Source: Trichodesmium erythraeum IMS101
GTDB taxonomy: Bacteria > Cyanobacteriota > Cyanobacteriia > Cyanobacteriales > Microcoleaceae
Reading direction: 5' to 3'
Length of the DNA stretch: 32,000 bases
Assembly: GCF_000014265.1 (NCBI RefSeq)
Contig: NC_008312.1
Location: forward strand, 6,150,001-6,182,000
A program made the translations under genes and the position numbers. A model generated the notes under the pieces. The model ran no database searches, was not told the DNA's origin, and saw only the letters and a program-made list of their open reading frames with translations. Positions 1 to 10,403 of the stretch are shown in pieces; position 1 is the stretch's first letter, and every line of letters begins with the position of its first letter.

Positions 1-1276
1 TTTCAGTTTTTACTCTAGCACTTTCACATTCAGATGGAATAATTCCTAGTTGATGTCCTTACCGGAGAAATTTCTAAGAAGCCGAAGCTTCTCTGTCAAC
101 TATTTAATATTTCACAGGGTCCCTTACATCATCCATCCTTTTTGTTGCCCTCCCAGAGGCAGAGTCTATTTATCGTCTTGTTACTAGAGAAAAATCTAAA
201 AAGGGTAAAAATCCCGTATCAAGCCAAAGTTACTCAACATAAAGTATAAGATTACAAACATCTTCTGACCATTTCAGAAATAGCCCTGCCTCAAGGAAAT
301 GGTACAGTGTGAGATAACACTTTTCTCCACATCTTCTTTTATCTTCGTTTCGCTTTTACCCCATAAAACTCGACATGAGAAGGAAATATCCTCTGCAAGG
401 GATAGCTTGTCGGAACAATATATGATCTGCCCAAGGAGCGACCAATGTATCTATGGCTACATTTATATCACAGTCCTGTTTAGTCCCACAGTTGCGAACA
501 AAACTATATCTTTAACTAAAAAGTCTAACTTTCCTCCTGGAAATTCACAACACCAGGAAGCTTGAGATTTGGGTTCCCTTCTATATAATTACTTTAAAAT
601 CACAACTATCTGTTTCCGCTTTTCCTTATATAAATTCTCGTATAAGTCGCTAGACTAGATCCTACGGTACTCAAAAGAATTTATGGCCTTTTTGTGCTCA
701 ATTCTATAACAACTCTTGTCATTGGCGGTGCCACACTGCTTTTTGATCATTTCATAATTCAAATCCTCTCAAACAATTTTTTGGAAGTTGGCTGAATTTC
801 AGTATATAATTTATACAGAAAATATTAAGTATGTATTTCAATTTGGCCATATTTTTTAGTAAATAGTAGTACTTTTTTACAGGATTTTGACCCTCTACTT
901 TTCTCAAGATGTTCAGTATTTCAACTAAAACATTCGATTCCTACTGTCAAAGGAAATAGGCAGCAGACAATAGGAAATATAAAGTCTAAATTAGTCTAAT
1001 CTTAACATAAAGCTATAGTAGAGGTAGAATCTCATTCTAGACAACGCCTTTCCAAACAAATATTTCTGCACCTAAGAATTTAGCTGTCAGCCATCAGCTT
1101 ATTTATGATGCTTAAATCTAGCTTTAGTGACTAAGTAGGTAGGCATAAAAAACCTAGCTATATTAATATCTATGTACTGACTTCAAGCTCCTCTATACAG
1201 TTTATTTGAGGTTAATTTACATTCTGTTAGATAACGACAAATTTCAACACTGACCTACTTGGACTGTAGTTTTCGA

Positions 1277-1531
1277 TCATAAACTTTCTAATCTTTGCCA
1301 TAATGATTGATATATTTCTGGTGATACATAAGCTTTTAGTGAACGACCCAACTTATTTTTTTTATGAGCAATTTTCAAACATTCTATTTGTCCACAACAA
1401 ATGTAAGCTGAACGACCTTCTCCTTGATCTAATTTAATAGTATCAGATTTCTTGCTCCGAACAACTCGCCAAAATTCCTCTTTAGGAGCCAGTTTTTTGC
1501 AACTAACACATCTACGGTAATTGGGTTTCAT
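1277..1531 (-). CDS. ylxR: YlxR/DUF448 (RnpM-like) RNA-binding protein
   Basis: 84-aa ORF downstream of nusA on the same strand. It has the N-terminal RRCVSCKK..EEFWRVV motif and the GRSAYIC motif typical of YlxR family proteins that follow nusA. Confidence 0.8.
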   Translation of the reverse strand: MKPNYRRCVSCKKLAPKEEFWRVVRSKKSDTIKLDQGEGRSAYICCGQIECLKIAHKKNKLGRSLKAYVSPEIYQSLWQRLESL

Positions 1532-2057
1532 TTTAACTCCCTTTGTAACTAATTTTTTCAGTCAATTATGAGCGCCCTTTCTGTGGGAATTTATTGGAAT
1601 AACGATTGTAAGCTTTAACTTTCAGCCATCTCAAAGCTCTTAACTGTCTCCCAATAAATATAGTTAATATTGTACCTATTCCTTTATAACTTGCACTATT
1701 AAAAGTAAGTTGTTTTTAGAAAAACTTTCTACTTTTAGATATTCATATTTTTTCAATTCATAATCAGTTAATCTAAAATTATAGTTTTTTCTACTTGATG
1801 AAGTAACTATATTCATAATTATAGTATAGTAGAGAATAGGGAGCCTACTAGATGAATTGGAGAAATAGGAAATAATCCCCAAATATTTACTTTGTGAATT
1901 ATACCGAATCTGCTGTAATTTACAAATTCAGACCCAGAGAAGTTGCTATTAAATAGTAAAGTTGTTCTTAATTAAGAAAATCTTCTCTGAGTAATAAATG
2001 TTAATTATTTCATCAAATGCGAGGAGATAAAATTAATTAGATTAATTGTAATTTGAA

Positions 2058-3338
2058 TTAAAAAGAATCATCTGGTTCATTAAAATTTTTGTCGAAAGTA
2101 TTTTCTATTACTTCTAATTCTGATTCCTCAATTTTATTTTCTTCTTGTTCAGCTAACGCTTGACGATGAGAGACTTCAGCCGCAACTTTGCTATCTTCTT
2201 CAGCATGGTCATATCTATTTGTGTCCTTAATATCAATTTTCCACCCTGTCAAACGAGCAGCTAAACGCACATTTTGTCCTTCCTTGCCGATAGCCAAACT
2301 AAGTTGGTCTTCAGACACCAAAATATGAGACCTCCTTTCCTCTGGATCAATTAAACGAACTTCATCTACTCTAGCTGGACTAAGAGAATTAGCTATATAT
2401 ATAGAAGGGTCTGGAGACCAGCGAATTACATCTATTTTTTCACCTCTCAACTCATTCACAACTACCTGAATTCTTGAGCCCCTTGCACCAATGCAAGCTC
2501 CCACTGGATCTACATCCCTTTCTAAAGTATCAACTGCTATTTTAGTTCTGGGACCAACATGCCGAGATGGGGGATTTGCCTCTCTAGCAACTGCCACAAT
2601 TCTTACGACTTCATCTTCAATTTCTGGGACTTCATTTTCAAATAAATAAACCACTAAGCCGGCATCAGCTCTAGACACAAGTAATTGAGGCCCACGAGTT
2701 GACCCTTCACAAACTCGCTTCAAATAGACTTTAAAAGTAGCATTAGCACGGTAGTTATCATTAGGTAGTTGTTCTTTTTTAGGCAGTTCAGCTTCTACTT
2801 CTAGTCTACCAAATCCACTACTTACAGCTAAGATAACTGACTGTTTTTCAAATCTCAAAACTCTGGCTTGGAGAACTTCTCCTTCTAAATCTTGAAATTC
2901 TTCTTGAATCATTTTTCGTTGTTGATCTCGTAGCTTTTGAGCTAATACTTGTTTAGTCTGTATAGCAGCCATGCGACCAAATTCATTTTTTTCGGGTGTC
3001 ACATCCAAGAATACTGTATCATTTAACTGAGCTTCTGAGGCTACTTCTAAAACTTCTTGGAGAGCTATATGATGATCTGGATTTGTTACTTCTTCAACAA
3101 TAGTTTTTGTAGCTAATACTCGATAACCTTCTTCTTCAATATCCAGTTCTATTTCAAAATTTTCGAAGTAATCATCTGTGAAGTTGACTCCATCTACACG
3201 TTGAGTTCGTCTGTAGCGTTCATATCCTTTTAATAGAGCTTCTCGTAAAGCAGTCTGAACTGCTTGTTTTGGTAAATTACGTTCTTTACTAATATTTCCG
3301 ATTAACTCTTTAAGTCCAGGCAAACTAACCATTGACAT
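2058..3338 (-). CDS. nusA: Transcription termination/antitermination factor NusA
   Basis: 426 aa with an N-terminal NusA domain, an S1-like region and tandem KH motifs ([12 protein letters not shown]; [23 protein letters not shown]). It sits in rimP-nusA-ylxR order. Confidence 0.95.
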   Translation of the reverse strand: MSMVSLPGLKELIGNISKERNLPKQAVQTALREALLKGYERYRRTQRVDGVNFTDDYFENFEIELDIEEEGYRVLATKTIVEEVTNPDHHIALQEVLEVASEAQLNDTVFLDVTPEKNEFGRMAAIQTKQVLAQKLRDQQRKMIQEEFQDLEGEVLQARVLRFEKQSVILAVSSGFGRLEVEAELPKKEQLPNDNYRANATFKVYLKRVCEGSTRGPQLLVSRADAGLVVYLFENEVPEIEDEVVRIVAVAREANPPSRHVGPRTKIAVDTLERDVDPVGACIGARGSRIQVVVNELRGEKIDVIRWSPDPSIYIANSLSPARVDEVRLIDPEERRSHILVSEDQLSLAIGKEGQNVRLAARLTGWKIDIKDTNRYDHAEEDSKVAAEVSHRQALAEQEENKIEESELEVIENTFDKNFNEPDDSF

Positions 3339-4127
3339 ATTTTTTTATCCTCTAAATTGTTATGAATTATTGTTATTGAGGCTAATTTATTTAAATCTTG
3401 GTGATATTAGGGCATTAATAATCTGGGTTACTCTAGATATTTTTTTATTTTTTTAAAAGCTAGATGTTGAAAATAGAAAAAACAAAGATAAATATGAAGT
3501 ACTGGTTTTGAATTTGTATTTAGTTGAAACTCATACATTTTCAGGAGACTACTAGGATCTTGATTGTCCTTTCCAGTCAAATCCTAATTATTGATTCTCA
3601 ATTTGTAAGTCCTACAAATTATCAAATAAAAAAGCATCACCATAATATTTGCTGCTTAAACATTTTCGATTTTCTGCAAGGTATGCAAAGTGCAAAGAGA
3701 GTATAGCAAAATATTATTTGTTAAAAAAACTGAGTAAAATCATTGGCCTTATAAAATTTGGATTCTTAGTCCAAATTCAAACATCCCCTTTCACACTCTG
3801 AAAAATCTAAATACTGAGTATTGACAAACAAATCAGGTCAATAGCCTCCCGTTGAATACTATGCTTTATCAACATTTTTCTTAAGAAAATACTTGACAAA
3901 ATAAATTATGTGTCAAGTATTTTTAGAATCAAAGGTGTATTATGTGGAAAAATACATTTTTTTGAAATTTAAGTAGTTTTGCCCAATTACTATCTCTTTC
4001 GCCCTTATTCCCCAGTCCCCTTATTCTCACAAGGTTTTCATCAGTTCCTGATCAGGGATAGCCTTGGATAGGGGATTAAAAAAATTAACTTTATTATTTC
4101 AGGCTTATGGAGGGCTAGCTCAGTACC

Positions 4128-4157
4128 GATAACTGATAACTGATAACTGATAACTGA
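4128..4157. repeat. Heptanucleotide tandem repeat (GATAACT)x4 plus a partial unit, STRR-like
   Basis: Direct reading gives gataact four times in a row from 4128 to 4155, then ga. It lies 22 nt beyond the rimP stop codon. Confidence 0.9.
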
Positions 4158-4178
4158 AATAGCCGTTTTTTTTTATTT

Positions 4179-4640
4179 TTACCTTCCTTCTTGTAGTTCA
4201 ACGGTATTAATGAGAGAACGTGGAATACTTGCTTGTCGACCTTTTTGGTTAATGTAAACAGCTGTTTGATCGCGACTAACCAGTTGTCCTATCCAGTAAT
4301 TTTTACCTTTATAGGGTTCGCTTGTATTCACAGCTACATTAAAGCCTTTAAAGGCAATGAAATCTCGGTCATTATCCAAAAACTTAGAAATACCAGGACT
4401 AGATATTTCTAACAGATATGGTTCAGGAATTATATTTGCTGCATCTAGTTGTTCTCCTATGGCATTACTCATTCGTTCACAGTCATCTAAACCTGTGTCT
4501 TGATGAGGGTGTCTAATGTCCAATCTGAGAATTGGTGGATGCTGGTTTGTATGAAATACTGCTCCTACTAATTCTAATCCTAGAGATTTAGCAATAGGAG
4601 TAGCAAATTTAATGATTTGTGGTACTAATGGATGACTCAT
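4179..4640 (-). CDS. rimP: Ribosome maturation factor RimP
   Basis: The ORF track gives 4179..4697, but the conserved RimP sequence starts at the internal ATG ([26 protein letters not shown]...). The 19 upstream codons look like read-through. The gene is upstream of nusA on the same strand. Confidence 0.85.
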
Positions 4641-5478
4641 GACAAATGCAATAAAAAAAGTGGGCTTTACCCACTCCCCATTGACAATTGTTAACACTTT
4701 AATTAACCTCTAATATTGTATATCTTTTTGGTTTTATGTTGACATTTTTGCTTTGTAAAATTGAAAAAATTTGATAATTAAGTTAAGTTTCTAATTCTTA
4801 AGAGATTTTTTAGTTATTTTTTTAAATATATCTGTTATTGCATTTTTTAATTAATTAGTGGAAGTTGTTGGCCACTAAGTCATTAAATAAATATAAATGG
4901 CCATTAAGAGTCAACAAATGAGGATAACCTCGACTTGTGAATAACTCTTATTACCTTGTAGGCGAGATTTATATTTTAAGGTATATCAAGGTAAAAAGTA
5001 ATAAATCCCTTTATGACAGCGACTGGAATTATTTGACCAATAGTATAAAAATCAGGGGAAAATTCTTACTCGGTATTTCTTCTATAATTCTTATTTATCT
5101 GTACTCTCCAAAAAGACTTTTTCAAGAAAACCTAGATCATTAAATACTTATATTATGATCACTTTTGGTAACAAGCAAGATTCTTTTGTTCTCTGGTTAT
5201 GATAGTTTTAATTTCCCTCACTATAGATATTATATGACGGTTTTTATAATTAGTAGATAAAAACAGTAGCAACTTTCTATTAAATATCAATACAGGGTTT
5301 TGGTTGTCATTTGAACTTGTTACATACAATGCTAAAAACTGCACTTCAGTACAGGTAAATAAAAGGGTAAAATACTTGAGGATAAGAAAAATCTTTGATG
5401 AGAAGTAGATATTTAAGAAGGTTTTCTACAGTACTATACCAACAAATATAATATTAATGATTTTGAGGTTATAGCATC

Positions 5479-6912
5479 TTAAAATTTATTAGATTTAAGC
5501 TGTAATTGTCTGGTTTCTTCTAAAATTTTCTCAATATCTTCCTGACTCATTGCCATTACATAGTTAATCTTTACTTCTTCGAGAAATGCTGAGACTAAGG
5601 ATTGAAGTTCTTCTAAGGTTTGTTCCTGTTGTAATTCTACACCTACCACTTTGCTGAAGTGTTGAACTAACTGTTCAGATAGTTTTATTCCCTCTGGATC
5701 TGCCATGGCAGCTTTAATTATTTCATAGGCATTTTGAGGTCCTTCAGTGGCAATATTGGATAATTGTTTGACTAATCTTTCTGATAATTGATTGGCTAGG
5801 TTTTCTATTCCAGGTATTTGCTGAAATCTCTTAAACGTCGGTGATTCAGAAACTATTTTTTCTACGTTATAACGGATTATAGCTTCTATATCTGGTTGAA
5901 TTTGAGGTATTACTTTACAGACAGTTATTTGTACTAATTTAGTGGCGATCGCTTCGATTTCATTGATGTTATTTAGATCGATATAAGTTCTATCTTGATA
6001 GGAAAATATTCGCTTGGCTAATTTACCGTTTTTTACATCTTTTTGTACTTGATTAATTACTTGCATTATTACTACTTCTGTTAGTTCTTGAGCAATGGAA
6101 GCAAGAAAACCTCGGCTAGCTTGTGCCCTAATTGTTTCTAGGTCTATAATTTTAGATTCATTGAGGCGAATTGCCACAGGAATTATGCGCAATATTTGTA
6201 GAAATGGCAATAGTAAAAAAATATCATACCAACGCCATAACATTGCTTCTAGCCAATTAACACTGGGATAACGGCGACTAATAAAAAATGTTCTACCTAA
6301 AAATTCTAAAGTAAATATAATAATGAATGGTAAATCAATTATACTGAAATAATCAGTTAATCTTCCACTTTCACTAATGCCTCGATAATAATTTTTAGCC
6401 ATTAATGGTTTAATTTCTTTTTGAAACCAATCAAGTTCTTCATTCCATTTATTTTTTGTTAAGTATTCTTCACTCCAAAAAGTTGTAAATGATTCTTTAG
6501 CAGAATATTCTGGATTAGAAACTCGATCTCGCATCCGATTTTTTATTTTTTCTAAATAACCACTTTTATTAGCAATAGTAAAAGGATTTTGATTTATCAT
6601 TTCTATAGAAAGTTCTCCTAGTTCCTCTAATTTTTTCTGTACTACTAAAGAATCAATACCTCTAATAATTTTTGTTTTCAATTCTTCAAAACTATCTAGG
6701 TATTTTTCTGTGTCGCGATGAGTTGTAATTCCTTTAAGAGGGTCGTATATTTTTATGAGACTAGGAATATAATCAAAATAGAAATCTCTAAGACTAATAT
6801 ATGTTAAATCAAATAATACCAAGATGAAATTTACTAGGGCTAAAAATGCCATAATTTTTTTGAATACTGATACCCGGCGAGTTTGGGAATGAATATATTT
6901 TGTAGTTGCCAT
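5479..6912 (-). CDS. Hypothetical membrane protein with a voltage-sensor-like (ion_trans S1-S4-like) segment and no recognisable pore
   Basis: 477-aa ORF. It has an N-terminal TM (IMAFLALVNFILVLFDLTYISL), then IIFTLEFLGRTFF (S2-like), WRWYDIFLLLPF (S3-like) and LQILRIIPVAIRL (S4-like), followed by a ~220-aa soluble tail. No TVGYG-type selectivity filter was seen. Confidence 0.7.
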   Translation of the reverse strand: MATTKYIHSQTRRVSVFKKIMAFLALVNFILVLFDLTYISLRDFYFDYIPSLIKIYDPLKGITTHRDTEKYLDSFEELKTKIIRGIDSLVVQKKLEELGELSIEMINQNPFTIANKSGYLEKIKNRMRDRVSNPEYSAKESFTTFWSEEYLTKNKWNEELDWFQKEIKPLMAKNYYRGISESGRLTDYFSIIDLPFIIIFTLEFLGRTFFISRRYPSVNWLEAMLWRWYDIFLLLPFLQILRIIPVAIRLNESKIIDLETIRAQASRGFLASIAQELTEVVIMQVINQVQKDVKNGKLAKRIFSYQDRTYIDLNNINEIEAIATKLVQITVCKVIPQIQPDIEAIIRYNVEKIVSESPTFKRFQQIPGIENLANQLSERLVKQLSNIATEGPQNAYEIIKAAMADPEGIKLSEQLVQHFSKVVGVELQQEQTLEELQSLVSAFLEEVKINYVMAMSQEDIEKILEETRQLQLKSNKF

Positions 6913-7073
6913 TTGTGATTTACTTGTTCATATATTTGTTTACGAGATTTAAGATTTTATATTTTTATATTTTTTGAGATTCTGAAATATTTTAGTAATC
7001 TCTTTGTATTATAGATTAGTATCAAGTATATTCCACATCATAAAGTTAGATTTAATTGATGGAAAACTTTGAA

Positions 7074-7784
7074 ATGAAGAAATTACTGAATAGCTTAATC
7101 ATTGGCACTATTGCTTTAGGTATTGGCCAACCAGCTAGAGCGATTAGCATTTTCTATGGCGAAGATTTGGGGGCTGGCGGTAGTTTTGTGCCTAATGGCA
7201 ATGCCGTTCAGGCCCAGAATGATTTTCTGAGTCAACTGTCTGGTATCAGTACCGAAGATTTTGAAAATTTCATAGCAAAAGATACCGGTCCCCTTGACCT
7301 CATCTTTACAGGTAGTGCCGGTACAATTAAAGGTACTTTGACTTCGACAGGTAGTGGTCTTGTGAGAAACCGTAGTTATTCCGGGTCTTTTCCCACCTCT
7401 GGTAATCAGTTTTGGGCGACTACTAGTCAATTCTCAATCAATTTTGATAAGCCTATAGTCGCTTTTGGCTTCTTCTTTAGCGATTTTGAGCAAAATCCTC
7501 TTACCCTGGAACTAGGTCTAGTCGAAGGTGGCACTCAAGACATTTCGACTTCTGCAACAGTCCCAGCATCTAATGGAGCTCTTGCTTATTTTGGGCTCAT
7601 CAATATGGATAATCCTTTTACTAGCGCAACCTTTGTTGGGGCAACAAAACGTGAGCTATATGGCTTTGATGATTTAACAGTTAGTGATTTAAAACCAGCT
7701 AAGACTGTACCTGAGCCTTCAACTGTTCTAGGCATATTTATGGCATTAGGCTTAGGTGCATTATTCCAGAAGAAAGAAGCCTAG
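7074..7784 (+). CDS. PEP-CTERM sorting-domain secreted protein
   Basis: Signal peptide MKKLLNSLIIGTIALGIGQPARA. The C-terminus VPEPSTVLGIFMALGLGALFQKKEA is a PEP motif plus TM plus basic tail. Alternative starts are at 7056 (TTG) and 7059 (ATG). Confidence 0.85.
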   Translation: MKKLLNSLIIGTIALGIGQPARAISIFYGEDLGAGGSFVPNGNAVQAQNDFLSQLSGISTEDFENFIAKDTGPLDLIFTGSAGTIKGTLTSTGSGLVRNRSYSGSFPTSGNQFWATTSQFSINFDKPIVAFGFFFSDFEQNPLTLELGLVEGGTQDISTSATVPASNGALAYFGLINMDNPFTSATFVGATKRELYGFDDLTVSDLKPAKTVPEPSTVLGIFMALGLGALFQKKEA

Positions 7785-7899
7785 TATTGATAATTGAGTC
7801 TCTCCAACTAATTTGTAATATAATCTCACAAAGGAATTTAGCAATCTAATTAAATGCATTTTTAAGCTCACCTTCAACAAGTTTTAAAAATGCCCCAGC

Positions 7900-8751
7900 A
7901 GGAGAGGGAGTAAGATTAAGACATCTCAATTGTTCGGTTGATTTCTTGACATTCTCCCCGGCTGTTAGGCGCGGGGGAACAATTGAGCCGTAGCTTTGAG
8001 GTGAGTATAAATTTCATAGGCTGCTGTGCCTACTACTCTTGCTGGGAATGAGTTACGCTTATTTCTACCTCCATTTTTTGTCTCCTTGTGTCTAAGGAGA
8101 TACTAATATATCTGTTGCTCCATTGAAGGGTTATCGGTCATATTTTGTCCCATAGTTGAGACATTTCCATTTTCGCGCCGGAAAAGTTTAATTTTTTCAC
8201 CTTTGACATCACAACATGAGAGGGACTTTGCAAAAGGTCTTAATTTCTAAATCAAGACCTACTAAATTACTATTTTTAAGTAAAGTTTTTGGCTATATTT
8301 CTACTACAAAACTTAAAAAAATATCTATTGGAATCTTTAATTACTATTACTGAAGAAGGTTGGTTTAGCAGTGGTCAAGACCAGGCTAACTCAAACTATC
8401 CAGTCTTAGCCAAATAAACTTTTTTTTCATATACTTTACAACCCTCTAGTGGTTAAACCTAGAAGCTTGCGCGTAACTTCATAGCGTTAACTGGAGTCGG
8501 TTAGGCTAGCTTCCAGGTTTGTTTAGTCTCTCGGAAACCCGAGCGTGACTTACAAAAAATTTTTGTGAGTCCTTATTGTGCCCTGCTGGAAAAAAGCTGC
8601 TGCGAAACCTGAAAGCTTCCCAAGTTAAAATCTCAATTTTATGAGTTTCAATAAACCCAAATTTTCCGATAAATTGCTGATGCTCAAAGATTTTCGCTTT
8701 TCTTGTCACCCCTTTAAGTTTCAGAGTTACAGCAGATTCCATCCAGAGCAT
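7900..8751 (-). pseudogene. Decayed TnpB (IS200/IS605-family OrfB, IS1341-like) gene
   Basis: Minus-strand fragments lie in different frames and are interrupted by stops. They are AVTLKLKGVTRKAKIFEHQQFIGKF (in the 81-aa ORF 8506-8751), VIVIKDSNRYFFKF (8309-8350) and FVVEI*PKTLLKNSNLVGLDLEIKTF (RuvC-I-like vGIDLGIKt motif, 8233-8262). The region 3' of the RuvC-I motif is far too short for an intact TnpB, implying internal deletion. Confidence 0.55.
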
Positions 8752-9014
8752 TCAAGATGCCCAAAATAGAAACATTTAATTGTTAATATCTGTACTTTAT
8801 ATACTTGGAATCTGCTGTATATGTATCTAAATACTTGCTATAGTTTTGATTTACTTGTTCAAGATTTTGGCGTCAGTCTTCTGAGCAAGAAATTTACTAT
8901 TGCCTATTAATTTAATTACCTGAAACTATTGCCTTTTCAAAGTTTTTAGTCGATCAAAAGGTAAATCGTGTCTTCTGACTTCTGAGTTCAGTGAAATGAT
9001 ATAAAAAATCCTGC

Positions 9015-10403
9015 TTAAACAGTTACACCTTCAGTACGAGCTGCTGAAGCTACTGCACCTGCAACCGCAGTAGCTACCCTAGTGTCAAATACTGAAGGAA
9101 TAATATGTTCTTGGTCAAGGTCTGAAGTTTTGACTAATGAAGCGATCGCTCTAGCAGCTTCTAAATACATTGTAGAGGTGAGAGTAGTAGCCCGACAATC
9201 TAGAGCGCCCCTAAATATGCCTGGAAATGCCAAAACATTATTAATTTGATTCGGATAATCACTCCGACCTGTGGCCATCACTGCTACTTCTTCTGCAACT
9301 AATTCTGGCTGTATTTCCGGAATAGGATTAGCCATTGCAAAGACTATAGGGTCTTTGGCCATAGAACGGACCATTTCTGGAGTAAGAACTCCCGGGACAC
9401 TAACACCTAAAAATACATCAGCTCCCATTAAAGCATCTGCGAGGGTTCCTGAAGACTCAACGGCAAATGCTTGTTTTTCTGAGTTAAGACCAGTACGACT
9501 TTTGGAGACTATACCTTTAGAGTCACATAAGCAAATTTGATTAGCTCCTGCTTTTTGTAATAGACGAGTGATAGCTATTCCAGCAGCACCAGCACCATTA
9601 ATAACGATCCGAATATCTTCTATAGATTTTTTGACCAATTTTAAAGCATTGATTAACGCAGCTAAACTAACTATTGCTGTGCCATGCTGGTCATCGTGAA
9701 ATACTGGAATATCTAATATCTCTCTTAGCTTGACTTCTATTTCAAAACAACGAGGAGCAGCAATATCTTCTAAGTTAACTCCACCAAAAACAGGAGCAAT
9801 ATTTTTAACTGTCTCGACAATAGCATCAGTATCTTGAGTAGCCAGACAAATAGGGAAAGCGTCGATTCCAGCAAATTCTTTAAATAACATAGCCTTACCT
9901 TCCATTACTGGTAAAGCTCCTCCGGGGCCAAGATTTCCTAGTCCTAAAACTGCACTGCCATCTGTCACAATAGCAACTGTATTTTTTTTGATGGTGAAAT
10001 TATAGATTTGTTGAGGGTCTTCTGCAATTGCTTTAGAAATTCTTCCTACTCCTGGAGTATAAGCCATTGATAGATCGGCTTGGGATTTGAGAGGTATTTT
10101 GCCTTGAACTGTGATTTTACCACCTTTATGTATATCGAAGGTTCGGTCATACACATTGACGAGTTTTATTTCTGGCAGGGTTTTGACAGCTTGAACAATT
10201 TTTTCAATATGCTCTGTACTGTAGGCATCGACTGTAATTTCTCTAATTATGATTTGGCGACTTTGTTTTATTAGGTCAACGTTACCTATATTGCCTCCTT
10301 CTGATGCGATGGCTTGGGTAACCTTGGCCAACATTCCAGTACGGTTAGGAGTTTCGAGGCTAATTGTTAAACTAAATGAGGGATTTGGTGTTAGTTTTAC
10401 CAT
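9015..10403 (-). CDS. NAD(P)-dependent malic enzyme with N-terminal ACT domain
   Basis: 462 aa. An ACT-like N-terminus (LETPNRTGMLAKVTQAIASEGGNIGNVDL) is followed by malic-enzyme motifs (MAYTPGVG, VTDGSAVLGLGNLGP, VINGAGAAGIA Rossmann, FANPIPE-like AMANPIPEI). Confidence 0.9.
   Translation of the reverse strand: MVKLTPNPSFSLTISLETPNRTGMLAKVTQAIASEGGNIGNVDLIKQSRQIIIREITVDAYSTEHIEKIVQAVKTLPEIKLVNVYDRTFDIHKGGKITVQGKIPLKSQADLSMAYTPGVGRISKAIAEDPQQIYNFTIKKNTVAIVTDGSAVLGLGNLGPGGALPVMEGKAMLFKEFAGIDAFPICLATQDTDAIVETVKNIAPVFGGVNLEDIAAPRCFEIEVKLREILDIPVFHDDQHGTAIVSLAALINALKLVKKSIEDIRIVINGAGAAGIAITRLLQKAGANQICLCDSKGIVSKSRTGLNSEKQAFAVESSGTLADALMGADVFLGVSVPGVLTPEMVRSMAKDPIVFAMANPIPEIQPELVAEEVAVMATGRSDYPNQINNVLAFPGIFRGALDCRATTLTSTMYLEAARAIASLVKTSDLDQEHIIPSVFDTRVATAVAGAVASAARTEGVTV

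Noticed and set aside
78-93. The hairpin AGAAGC-CGAA-GCTTCT reads as a C(UUCG)G tetraloop stem on the minus strand downstream of ylxR.
   Set aside because: It is a single 6-bp stem with no U-tract and no conserved context, so I cannot assign terminator or processing function from sequence alone.
299-565. Small ORFs in AT-rich gaps. Besides this one they are 1676-1882, 3524-3706, 4937-5143, 5159-5344, 28871-29062, 29740-29946 and 30082-30267.
   Set aside because: Their composition is biased (I/K/N/F/L-rich), as expected from random AT-rich sequence. They have no motifs, no convincing start context and no support from neighbours.
4101-4127. GGAGGGCTAGCTCAGTACCG resembles the 5' acceptor and D-arm of a tRNA.
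   Set aside because: No anticodon arm, T-arm or acceptor 3' strand follows, and the sequence runs straight into the heptamer repeat. At most it is a fragment.
4340-4355. A 16-nt exact match (ATTGCCTTTAAAGGCT, minus strand) links rimP coding sequence to the core of the dispersed repeat.
   Set aside because: It lies in a conserved coding stretch (FIAFKGF), most of it is a self-complementary palindrome, and no flanking similarity exists. I treat it as coincidence.
7116-7430. Antisense or shadow ORFs inside well-supported genes. Besides this one they are 9271-9540, 10080-10274, 10249-10434, 14785-14976, 15148-15534, 22988-23224, 23510-23815 and 30609-30857.
   Set aside because: Each lies entirely within, or largely overlaps, a gene with clear family motifs on the other strand. 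Their sequences are low-complexity with no recognisable motif.
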